Made by a program: the position numbers and the translations under genes
Shown: positions 1 through 7,890 of the stretch, piece by piece
Position numbering within the stretch: position 1 is the first letter of the stretch
Layout of the letters: each line of letters begins with the position of its first letter
NCBI GenBank assembly: GCA_964465945.1
Contig: CAYXMM010000011.1
Span: 16,702 to 80,701 of the forward strand
Direction of reading: 5' to 3'
DNA: 64,000 nt
Origin: an uncultured Hyphomicrobiales bacterium
GTDB lineage: Bacteria > Bacteroidota > Ignavibacteria > Kapaibacteriales > UBA2268
The notes under the pieces: model-generated
Database searches by the model: none
Seen by the model: only the letters and a program-made list of their open reading frames with translations
What the model was told of the DNA's origin: nothing

Positions 1-698
1 TGAAAGTTTTGTCGGAGTTTACATCTCCACATACTACGATAACGCAGTTTTCTGGTCTATAAAATCTTTTGTAGAATTCTTTGCTATATTCGTATTGGTT
101 TGGCATATCTTTGATGTCTGCTTCGTAGCCGATGGTTGTATGTCCGTAAGTGTGGACTTTGAAGGCAGTGGCAACTAATTCGGTGATTAGGTTTTCGATT
201 GGAATGGTAAGATTTTTTCTATACTCACCATAAACGGCACCTGACTCTGTTTGAAAATCGGGTTTTAAGTATGATAAATGTTGAAATCTTTCGCTTTCGA
301 TGTCGATGACTCTTTCTAAGTCTTCGGCAGCAATGTTTAGGTGGTAGCAGGTGTAATCGTCGGTTGTATAAGCGTTTGCATCTGCACCTAATGAGACTAC
401 GATAGAATCATAAACAGTTTTTGGGTATTTTTTTGTTCCACGAAACATCATGTGTTCGAAGAAGTGTGCGAAGCCGGTTTTGCCTTCTTCGACTTCGTCA
501 ACGGAGCCGGTCCTGACTATTGTGTAATAGCTTGCTAAGCCCTCGGATGCTATTGGAATTACATAAACTTTCAGCCCGTTATCGAGCGTTTTTACCTTAT
601 AATCGTAAGGAAAGATTTTTCCTTCTTTTGACGATAAGGGTAAATTAATTGCAGTCATAAGAAATATCGCTCCTACAATTTGTAGATAAAATTTCAAC
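1..698 (-). CDS. M16-family zinc peptidase (insulinase-like), N-terminal part; the gene runs off the window start
   Basis: The reverse-strand translation begins MLKFYLQIVGAIFLMTAINLPL, which is a signal peptide. It contains the inverted zinc motif HFFEHMMFRGT (HxxEH) typical of M16 peptidases. The start codon is at 696-698. Confidence 0.75.
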
Positions 699-974
699 AT
701 ATTTCCCCTAAAATTATTAATTAGTTCATTTGCATATATGAATATTGCGATATTAAGTTTCAATCCGATTCTAAAAAGACATTTACCTTCAAAAAAAAAC
801 GTAAAATTCAATTTTATATCTACAAATTTAAGAATAAAAATTGAGAAATACGAAAAAACCCATAAACCTGTAGGGAACGGTTTCAAACCGTTCCATACAT
901 CATCAAGCGAATCCAAAATAAACAAAATGAATAGCCACCTGCTTTAGCTGGTGGAATAAATAAATCAGAAAAAC

Positions 975-1275
975 CCTAATCACCCACACGTCATTCTGAG
1001 GCACAGCCGAAGAATCCAGTAAAACAAACCCGAATTTATAAAAATAGTAGGGAACGCAAATTTGCGTTCCTAAACTCCTACAAAGTTAAATATCAATAGC
1101 CCCGAGTTTCAACTCGGGGAAAAGAAACCAATCCCACCCGTCATTCTGAGGCGACCCGTATTGAGCGAAGCCGAAATAAGCCGAAGAATCCAGTAAAACA
1201 AACCCGAATTTGCGTCAGCAAATTCTCCAAAAAAAACTCCAACGAAGTTCAACATCAATAGCAAACAAAAAACAC
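975..1275. repeat. Composite intergenic repeat block 1. It holds two copies of the core CCCGTCATTCTGAGGCGAAGCCGAAGAATCCAGTAAAACAAACCCGAATTT plus three hairpin modules.
   Basis: The core occurs at about 983-1040 and 1133-1210; the second copy carries a 28-bp insertion. A perfect 20-bp palindrome GGAACGCAAATTTGCGTTCC lies at 1051-1070. A hairpin CCCCGAGTTtcaaCTCGGGG lies at 1100-1119. A hairpin GAATTTGCgtcaGCAAATTC lies at 1205-1224. The same modules recur at 1911-2230 and, degenerate and inverted, at 38420-38650. Confidence 0.8.
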
Positions 1276-1362
1276 CCTTTTCTGCAAAAACACACAATAA
1301 TTTGTAATATTAAAATAAAAAAATATTTAAAACGTAAGTAAAGGAAAAAATTGGAATAAAAA

Positions 1363-1590
1363 ATGGAAATGAAAAATATAAACTTAGAGCAAAAGAAAAT
1401 CAACATAATAGAAAACATATTAAAGATTGACAATTCTGAAATAATAAACGAATTGCAGTTTATGTTGAATCATACTTCAAAGCAATTCACAATAGAAGAA
1501 TATAAAAATGAAATATTAGAAGCAGAGGACGACATAAAAAACAACAGACTAATATCAAACGAAGATTTAAAAGTGAAATTAGGATTATGA
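1363..1590 (+). CDS. Putative antitoxin, resembling the 'addiction module component' family that pairs with RelE/ParE toxins in Bacteroidota
   Basis: The protein is 75 aa. Its stop overlaps the downstream toxin start in an ATGA arrangement. The pattern KINIIENILKIDNSEIINELQFML followed by EEYKNEILEAEDDIKNNRLISNEDL matches the small helical antitoxins found upstream of ParE/RelE genes. This recognition is from memory and was not searched. Confidence 0.5.
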   Translation: MEMKNINLEQKKINIIENILKIDNSEIINELQFMLNHTSKQFTIEEYKNEILEAEDDIKNNRLISNEDLKVKLGL

Positions 1591-1889
1591 AATTAAACAT
1601 TTTTTGGACTAAGAAAGCAGAAAATGATATTTCATCAATAATACAATATTACAATAGTTTAGAAATGTATTCCATTGCAAAAAACATTTCGAAAAATCTT
1701 TTTAAAACCATAGAAGTAATTTCAGAATATCCAAACTTAGGAAAAATAGATAAAATATTAGGTAACAATTATAAATATACTTTATCATCTGGAATTTATA
1801 AAATCGTATATAAAGTAAATAAAAACAATTTAATTATTTTAAAAATATTTGATGCAAGAAGAAATCCAAATCAAATTTTAGAAGATTAA
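1587..1889 (+). CDS. ParE/RelE-family type II toxin
   Basis: The protein is 100 aa. The N-terminal segment IFWTKKAENDISSIIQYY and the C-terminal segment YKIVYKVNKNNLIILKIFDARRNP follow the ParE pattern (W..A..DL..I..YI ... YRIIYRV....V.ILRI.H.RR). It is translationally coupled to the upstream small ORF. Confidence 0.6.
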   Translation: MKLNIFWTKKAENDISSIIQYYNSLEMYSIAKNISKNLFKTIEVISEYPNLGKIDKILGNNYKYTLSSGIYKIVYKVNKNNLIILKIFDARRNPNQILED

Positions 1890-1910
1890 TACTATACCAT
1901 CATTAAGAGC

Positions 1911-2230
1911 AATCCACCCCGTCATTCTGAGGCGAAGCCGAAGAATCTCCCAAATACACACCCGTCATTCTGAGGCGAAGCCGAAGAACCCAGTAAAACA
2001 AACCCGAATTTGCGTCAGCAAATTCTCATTTATAAAAATAGTAGGGAACGCAAATTTGCCTTCCTAAACTCCAGCGGAGTTCAACATCAATAGCCCCGAG
2101 TTTCAACTCGGGGAAAAGAAACCAACCCCCCTCCCCGTCATTCTGAGGCAACCTGTATTGAGCGAAGCCGAAATAAGCCGAAGAATCTCCCAAACACCTG
2201 CAAAGTCATTATGACCGAAGGAAAGAATCT
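1911..2230. repeat. Composite intergenic repeat block 2, of the same family as 975-1275
   Basis: Core copies lie at 1917-1950, 1961-2010 and 2135-2195, with a degenerate copy at 2205-2230. The hairpin GAATTTGCgtcaGCAAATTC is at 2003-2022. The near-palindrome GGAACGCAAATTTGCCTTCC is at 2045-2064. The CCCCGAGTTTCAACTCGGGG hairpin is at 2094-2113. Confidence 0.8.
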
Positions 2231-2349
2231 CTTCATTTATTAAAATAATAAATCGTATAATTCCTTTGATACCTCAAATATAATAATTAGTTTTGCATAA
2301 GTTAAATTAAAAATGAAATAAATTTGTTAAATTTAAATTTATTTAAATA

Positions 2350-2805
2350 ATGGAAAGCAAAACCAATATCTTTGAAAAAATAAGTTTATTACTTCCAGGT
2401 TATAAGGGTTATAATGAAAGGGATAATAAAAGAAATTCTGATAAAATATTAAGAGATTATATATTTATTGAAATTTCGAAATTGATCAAAGAAATTCTAT
2501 TTAATGTTGATGATAATTATTTGGGTGATGACATTAATAAAATTAATTTTATAATAAAAAAATTAAAAAAAATTCAAGATAATATTAGATTTACTGAATA
2601 TGGACATTCATCACTTTTTAGTCAGTATAAAATTGAATTAAAAGATTTAGAAAAAATTTATAACGTTGATTTCAAAATGCTTGAAAAAGTCAAGTTACTA
2701 GAAACATTTTTAATTGAAAAAGATTTTATGAATATTGAAACAACAATAAAAGATTTAGAGGATATGCTTAAGGATAGATATATACTACTTAAAGGGAATA
2801 TTTAA
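2350..2805 (+). CDS. Hypothetical protein, predicted all-helical; first gene of the 4-gene operon
   Basis: This is a 151-aa ORF that is Lys/Glu/Ile-rich with no recognisable motif. Its stop overlaps the start of the next gene at 2805. Confidence 0.5.
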   Translation: MESKTNIFEKISLLLPGYKGYNERDNKRNSDKILRDYIFIEISKLIKEILFNVDDNYLGDDINKINFIIKKLKKIQDNIRFTEYGHSSLFSQYKIELKDLEKIYNVDFKMLEKVKLLETFLIEKDFMNIETTIKDLEDMLKDRYILLKGNI

Positions 2806-3785
2806 TGCCAGAATTAATGGAATTGATTGAATTTTTAGATGAAAATGGGGATACTATAGTAAAAAGGATTCCTGAAAAAGGTAGTGGTGAATTTAAATTT
2901 GGTTCTCAACTAATAGTTCGAGAAAGTCAAAATGCTATCTTCTTTCGAGATGGAAAATGTTTAGATGTGTTTCCACCAGGAAGACATGTTCTAAGAACTC
3001 AGAATTTACCTTTAATAACAAAATTTGTAACTTCATTAGGATATGGTGAGAATAGTCCTTTTAAATCTGAAGTTTATTTTATTAATTTAAAATTATTTAG
3101 AAATTTAAAATGGGGTACAAAGGAACCAATATTATTTAGAGATGATGAATTTAAAATGGTTAGATTAAGAGGCTTTGGACTATTTTCTATTACAATAATT
3201 GAACCTACATTGTTTTTAAATAAAATAGTTGGAACTCAAAATACTTTTAAAGAATCAGATATTCTTGGTTATTTAAAATCAATAGTTATTCACAAATTAC
3301 AGATTGTTTTATCAAAGTCTTTTAAAGCTGTATTAGATTTACCAAGTAATCTTGATAAAATAAGTTTATTATTAAAAAAAGAAGTATTACTTGATTTTGA
3401 CTCACTTGGAATTGAGTTAAATGATTTTAATATTATATCATTATCGCTTCCTCCTGAAGTCCAAAAAATTATAGATACAAAAACTGGTATGACTGCAGTT
3501 GGTAATTTAGATGATTTTATGAAATTTCAATTAGGAAAATCTATTTTAAATTTATCTGAAAATAAAAGCGATAGTTTTGAAAATAGTTTTGCTTCTGGTT
3601 CAGGTATTGGAATGGGGATGCTAATACCTAACTTTTTAAATCAATCAGTTAAAAATAATACAGAAGACAAAGAAGAAGATATATATAGTAAATTAACTAA
3701 ATTGAAAGAGTTATTCGATAAAGGTATTATAAATGAAGAAGAATATACAAATAGTAAAAGAAAAATTTTAGATAATATAAAATAA
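2805..3785 (+). CDS. SPFH/Band-7-like (Band_7_1 family) protein with a C-terminal SHOCT domain and no transmembrane segment
   Basis: The N-terminal block EFLDENGDTIVKRIPEKGSGEFKFGSQLIVRESQNAIFFRDGK...PGRH.L.T.NLPLITK...SPFKSEVYFINLK matches the TM-less SPFH family that includes B. subtilis YdjI-like proteins; this is from memory. The C-terminal KLKELFDKGIINEEEYTNSKRKIL is a SHOCT motif. Confidence 0.65.
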   Translation: MPELMELIEFLDENGDTIVKRIPEKGSGEFKFGSQLIVRESQNAIFFRDGKCLDVFPPGRHVLRTQNLPLITKFVTSLGYGENSPFKSEVYFINLKLFRNLKWGTKEPILFRDDEFKMVRLRGFGLFSITIIEPTLFLNKIVGTQNTFKESDILGYLKSIVIHKLQIVLSKSFKAVLDLPSNLDKISLLLKKEVLLDFDSLGIELNDFNIISLSLPPEVQKIIDTKTGMTAVGNLDDFMKFQLGKSILNLSENKSDSFENSFASGSGIGMGMLIPNFLNQSVKNNTEDKEEDIYSKLTKLKELFDKGIINEEEYTNSKRKILDNIK

Positions 3786-3799
3786 ATAAACGAATTTAT

Positions 3800-4930
3800 A
3801 TGAATTGTCCAAATTGTGGTAGTGAAATCGAAGATGAAATCTATACTAAATCAATAGAATGCGAATATTGTGGTTCTACCATTAATTTTAACGATATAGA
3901 TTTAGATTCAGAAAAAATTAAATTCCAAAAAAATATAAATGAAATCTCAAGTTTAATTAATTTGGATAATATTAAACTAGCTACAAAAAAATTAAATTTA
4001 ATGTTTGAATCTTATTCGGATAATTACAAAGTTTGGGAATTATGTGGAAGATTTGAATTTATTAAGATTATAAATAAACTTAATAAAACTCCTAAGGATA
4101 ATAATGGTAGAGATGACAGCGTCCTTAAAATTGATATAATAAAGTCTTTTGAAAAGTCATTTAGTAAATCTCTTGAATTAGTTAATGAGAATAATAAAAT
4201 TGAAATAATAAATTCGTTAGATAATTGTCTTAATGATTGCACAGATGCTCTTATAAAATCAAAAGATATTATGTTTTATTATGGATTAACTGAAAATCAA
4301 TATTATGCAGATAGGAGGCTAGAACATTGGTATATTTTGATTGAACAATTAATTGAACTTAAATATTTAATATCACAATATTTCAATTCTATTGACTTTG
4401 TTAGAAGTGTTAAAATACTAATAAAAAAATATTGTTTTAGAAATTTTATAGATGGTATATATATCCATAATTACGTAATAGTAGATAAATTAGATAGATA
4501 TGGACATCGTGATAGGAATGAAGCAATTGAATTTTTTTGGTTTGTTCCTTTAAATGATAAATATTTAAAATGGTACAAAAACTTATATAATGAATATAAA
4601 ATTGAATTAGAAGAAGAAGAAAATCAAAAATTTAATATGAAAAGTGAAGCATCGCTATCTAGTAATGAAAGTAAATGTTTTATTGTAACTGCAACTCTGG
4701 ATAATCCAAATCACTTAATAATTAAGGAGTTGCAGTTTTTTAGGGATGAAATATTATTAAAAAATAACATTGGAGTATTTGCAATTAGATTATATTACAA
4801 ATTTGGTCCAATTATGGCAAATTTTATTTCTAAATCTGAATTGCTGAAGTTTTTATCATTACACATAATTGTATTACCAATTCATAAAATCGTGAAAATT
4901 ATATTTAAGAGGCTTTATAATGGATACTAA
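3800..4930 (+). CDS. Double zinc-ribbon protein with a central helical region and a conserved hydrophobic C-terminal anchor-like module
   Basis: The N terminus reads CPNCGSEIEDEIYTKSIECEYCGS, two CxxC pairs. The C terminus reads CFIVTATLDNPNHLIIKELQFFRDEILLKNNIGVFAIRLYYKFGPIMANFI followed by the hydrophobic stretch LKFLSLHIIVLPIHKIVKIIF. I recall this CF[IV]xTA...FRD...YY..P motif as a recurrent C-terminal module, but cannot name the family with certainty. Confidence 0.55.
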   Translation: MNCPNCGSEIEDEIYTKSIECEYCGSTINFNDIDLDSEKIKFQKNINEISSLINLDNIKLATKKLNLMFESYSDNYKVWELCGRFEFIKIINKLNKTPKDNNGRDDSVLKIDIIKSFEKSFSKSLELVNENNKIEIINSLDNCLNDCTDALIKSKDIMFYYGLTENQYYADRRLEHWYILIEQLIELKYLISQYFNSIDFVRSVKILIKKYCFRNFIDGIYIHNYVIVDKLDRYGHRDRNEAIEFFWFVPLNDKYLKWYKNLYNEYKIELEEEENQKFNMKSEASLSSNESKCFIVTATLDNPNHLIIKELQFFRDEILLKNNIGVFAIRLYYKFGPIMANFISKSELLKFLSLHIIVLPIHKIVKIIFKRLYNGY

Positions 4931-6089
4931 ATTAATTAGAACATTTCACCCAGTAGGTCAAGGTGCATTTTATACTGAAGAATTTTATAATATTGAAGAA
5001 AAAATATTTACTAGAATTGCATACGATTGTGGTGGTTCAAATAAACCATTAATGAAAAATTATATTGAAAATCAAAGCGGGTTTGAAAAGGATTTACAAT
5101 TTGATGCAGGTTTTATTTCACATCTTGACAGAGATCATATTAATGGTTTAGAATATTTATTACGTCATTGTAAAGTAAAAAAAATATTTTTACCATTGTT
5201 AACCCCAAATGAAAAAATATATTTATTCTCAAAATATCAATCTGACATTGAAGAGAATGAAGAAGAAAAAGAAAATGACATTAATTTTCTAAACAATTTA
5301 TTTTTTGATAATTCAATTGAGGAAACCAGAATTTATCGTATAGGTAAATCAGAAACCCCACCAGAGACTGAAGATGAAAATTATATTGATATTTCAGGGG
5401 AGATTAATCAAAATGATCATAATGAAACAGTTTTAAAAAATAAACAAATCAAATTAAATAAAAATTGGGTATTTTCACCATATAATCTTAATACAGAAAT
5501 TTATATTTTAAAATTTATTACAGAAATAAAAAAAGTATTTCCCGATTTAACTGATGAGAAAATTAAAGATATAATTAAAAATAAAAAGGATTTAGCAGAA
5601 CTAAAAAAAATCTATAGAAATATTTTTAATGATGACTTAAATTTGTCTAATATGATTGTTTATAGTGGATATGATTATAATTCAAGAAATAGAAAAGAAT
5701 ATTATCATCACTGTAGATATGTTATTCATAATAATTTTAGATTTTATTGTGATTGTCATCCAAAATATTGTTGTTGTGCTAATTGTATGTATTTCGGTGA
5801 TTTTAAATCAAAAAATAAATCAAATTGGGATCAATTTGAAAATTATTATAAAAAATATTGGGATAATGTTGGTATGGTTCAAATTCCTCATCATGGTTCG
5901 TGGATTGATTACAATGAAGAAATAAATAAAAATCCAAAATTATCAGTGATTTGTTCAAATCCAGAACACAAAAAATATAAACACCCTCATAAAGAAACAT
6001 TAATATCAATTTTAGAAAATAGTGGTATTCCATTTTTGGTAACAAAAGAAATTAAAACTTTAAAAATATTTGAATATCATTTAAGATAA
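4920..6089 (+). CDS. Metallo-beta-lactamase-fold hydrolase of the ComEC/Rec2 type, a predicted nuclease-like enzyme, carrying a Cys/His-rich zinc-knuckle insert
   Basis: The variant motif-2 GFISHLDRDHINGL reads HxDxDH. The later segment VQIPHHGSWIDYN carries the PHHGS signature of ComEC-type MBL domains. A cluster HHCRYVIHNNFRFYCDCHPKYCCCANCMY is present. The start overlaps the stop of the previous gene. Confidence 0.6.
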   Translation: MDTKLIRTFHPVGQGAFYTEEFYNIEEKIFTRIAYDCGGSNKPLMKNYIENQSGFEKDLQFDAGFISHLDRDHINGLEYLLRHCKVKKIFLPLLTPNEKIYLFSKYQSDIEENEEEKENDINFLNNLFFDNSIEETRIYRIGKSETPPETEDENYIDISGEINQNDHNETVLKNKQIKLNKNWVFSPYNLNTEIYILKFITEIKKVFPDLTDEKIKDIIKNKKDLAELKKIYRNIFNDDLNLSNMIVYSGYDYNSRNRKEYYHHCRYVIHNNFRFYCDCHPKYCCCANCMYFGDFKSKNKSNWDQFENYYKKYWDNVGMVQIPHHGSWIDYNEEINKNPKLSVICSNPEHKKYKHPHKETLISILENSGIPFLVTKEIKTLKIFEYHLR

Positions 6090-6240
6090 AAAATATGTTT
6101 AGTTCATTTTGGAATTTACCACTCGAAACGGTGCAATTAAAGGAAAAACTCAACTCAATTAGTTGAAAGGTTATGTAGGAAATTTTGGTGATCTAGTAAA
6201 AATTTACTACTTAAGTGTTAATGACTTAACAAAATTTGGT

Positions 6241-6306
6241 AATCCTGCTTGACTTTTAAAGTGGTCAAATTCAGCCACTTTAAAATCAGGATTATTTGTT
6301 TTTCAC
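6241..6306. terminator. Bidirectional rho-independent terminator between the convergent MBL gene and kdsA
   Basis: The sequence AATCCTGcttgACTTTTAAAGTGG-tcaaattcag-CCACTTTAAAAtCAGGATT forms a long inverted repeat and is followed by a T-rich tract. Confidence 0.6.
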
Positions 6307-6319
6307 TAATTTAATTTCA

Positions 6320-7084
6320 TTATTCATTCACCCCATCCACTTTCAAAACAGTAGCGATAAAGTTCTCCACTTCATCAAGTTTGATTTGTGTGGCGGCGTC
6401 GCTTTTTGCATTTTTTGGGTCGGGGTGGGTTTCAAGAAATATTCCATCAATTCCGATGGCTGTTGCTGCTTTTGCAAGTCCTAAGGCAAATTCTCTTTGT
6501 CCCCCGCTTACTTCGCTTATGCTTGGTTGTTGAACTGAGTGTGTTGCATCATAAACGACAGGGTATCCACTTTGTTTCATTATCATTAGGTTTCGCATAT
6601 CTACGACAAGGTCTCCATAACCGAAGAATGTTCCTCTTTCGCATAACCAGATATTTTTGTTGCCTGTTGAAGCAACTTTTTCTGCTGCTTTTAGCATATC
6701 TTTACCTGCCATAAATTGTCCTTTTTTGATATTAACAATTTTACCTGTTTCGCCTGAAGCGATTAGAAGTTCTGTTTGTCTTGCTAAGAATGCGGGGATT
6801 TGGAGTACATCAACATAATTGGATGCAAGGTGGATTTCTTCGACTGTGTGGACGTCAGTTAAGCATTCTAAGTTGTGTTTTTTAGCGGTTTCGCTTAGGT
6901 ATTGTAGAGCAAGTTCGTCTCCAATTCCTGTGAATGAGTTTAAACTTGTTCTGTTTGCTTTTTTATACGATGCTTTTAGGTATAATTTAAAATTATACTT
7001 TTTTGAAAGTTCGCTTAGTTTTTCTGCGACTTCTTCTATGAGTTCTTTTGATTCTAAGAGGCATGGTCCCGCGATTATAAACAT
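6320..7084 (-). CDS. kdsA: 3-deoxy-8-phosphooctulonate (KDO-8-P) synthase
   Basis: The 254-aa protein begins MFIIAGPCLLES and matches KdsA along its full length. Confidence 0.9.
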   Translation of the reverse strand: MFIIAGPCLLESKELIEEVAEKLSELSKKYNFKLYLKASYKKANRTSLNSFTGIGDELALQYLSETAKKHNLECLTDVHTVEEIHLASNYVDVLQIPAFLARQTELLIASGETGKIVNIKKGQFMAGKDMLKAAEKVASTGNKNIWLCERGTFFGYGDLVVDMRNLMIMKQSGYPVVYDATHSVQQPSISEVSGGQREFALGLAKAATAIGIDGIFLETHPDPKNAKSDAATQIKLDEVENFIATVLKVDGVNE

Positions 7085-7155
7085 ACATTTCTTTTGATAA
7101 TATAAAAACCAAAATTACGAAATTTTATATTTTTGAGGTAGATTAGATTTAAACT

Positions 7156-7788
7156 TTATTTATTTAGAATGATTAATCTGTTTTCGATAGAAAAAGAAGT
7201 AAAGTTAAAGAGGTTGGAAATTTTCTGGAATGTTTCGTTTTGATAGAAGAAAACATGTGTGGGGTCGTTTTTGTAATACCATTTATCAAAAATAATTTCG
7301 GAAGTGTATAGGTCAGTCATTATAAGTAATTTTCCATTGTCATTTAACATATTGTATAATAGTTGAAATTCTTTTTTTGGGTTGTGAAAATGTTCTATTA
7401 CTTCGCAACAAGCGATGAAGTCATACTTTTTGTTTAATAATTCATAGTTTGGGTGGAAAAATGGGTCATATTGTTGAATTTTAAAGTTATTATCTTGTAG
7501 TATTTTTGAAATGACTGGACCAGTTCCTGCTCCAAAGTCGAGACCATTACTTGTGGATGAAAATGAATCTAATATAGAATCGGTGATTGGACTTACAAAT
7601 TTTTTATAATCTGCATCATTAACATTGTTATTATGACGTTGGTAATGTTGTATTTCTAAGTCGGGTTTTAGGAAAAATTTTTCATCTAGGCTAATTCCTT
7701 TGCAGTTTCTACAAATATAGAATATTTTAGATTTAGAATAGAATAAGTCTATTCTTCCTTCGCATAATGTGCATTTCTTGCTATTCAC
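7156..7788 (-). CDS. Class I SAM-dependent methyltransferase with an N-terminal Cys4 zinc finger
   Basis: It carries the SAM-binding motif GLDFGAGTG and N-terminal CxxC...CxxC pairs. Confidence 0.6.
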   Translation of the reverse strand: MNSKKCTLCEGRIDLFYSKSKIFYICRNCKGISLDEKFFLKPDLEIQHYQRHNNNVNDADYKKFVSPITDSILDSFSSTSNGLDFGAGTGPVISKILQDNNFKIQQYDPFFHPNYELLNKKYDFIACCEVIEHFHNPKKEFQLLYNMLNDNGKLLIMTDLYTSEIIFDKWYYKNDPTHVFFYQNETFQKISNLFNFTSFSIENRLIILNK

Positions 7789-7890
7789 CTTTTTGGAAAT
7801 CCGTAATTTGTTAATTAATTAAATGCAAAATACAAAAAAAATAGGATTTTTTCAATAATTTTGTATATATAAATTAATAAGGAAAGTAAA

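Noticed and set aside
738-1433. Small ORFs at 738-947, 1109-1297 and 1215-1433
   Set aside because: They overlap the repeat block or the promoter region, have low complexity and no coding signature. They are most likely non-coding.
975-2230. Possible CRISPR array, given the repeated units with hairpins
   Set aside because: The units are of unequal length and are shuffled composites. They lack the regular repeat-spacer periodicity of a CRISPR array. There are no cas genes, and copies occur in inverted orientation at 38.4 kb.
5656-6045. ORFs at 5656-5925 (plus strand) and 5803-6045 (minus strand) embedded in the MBL gene
   Set aside because: They are low-complexity Ile/Asn-rich translations of alternative frames of an AT-rich coding region. 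They lie wholly inside a gene with clear motifs.
6388-7097. Antisense and alternative-frame ORFs at 6388-6714, 6296-6484 and 6819-7097 within kdsA
   Set aside because: They are embedded in a confidently identified conserved gene. Their Leu/Arg-rich composition is typical of a wrong-frame translation.
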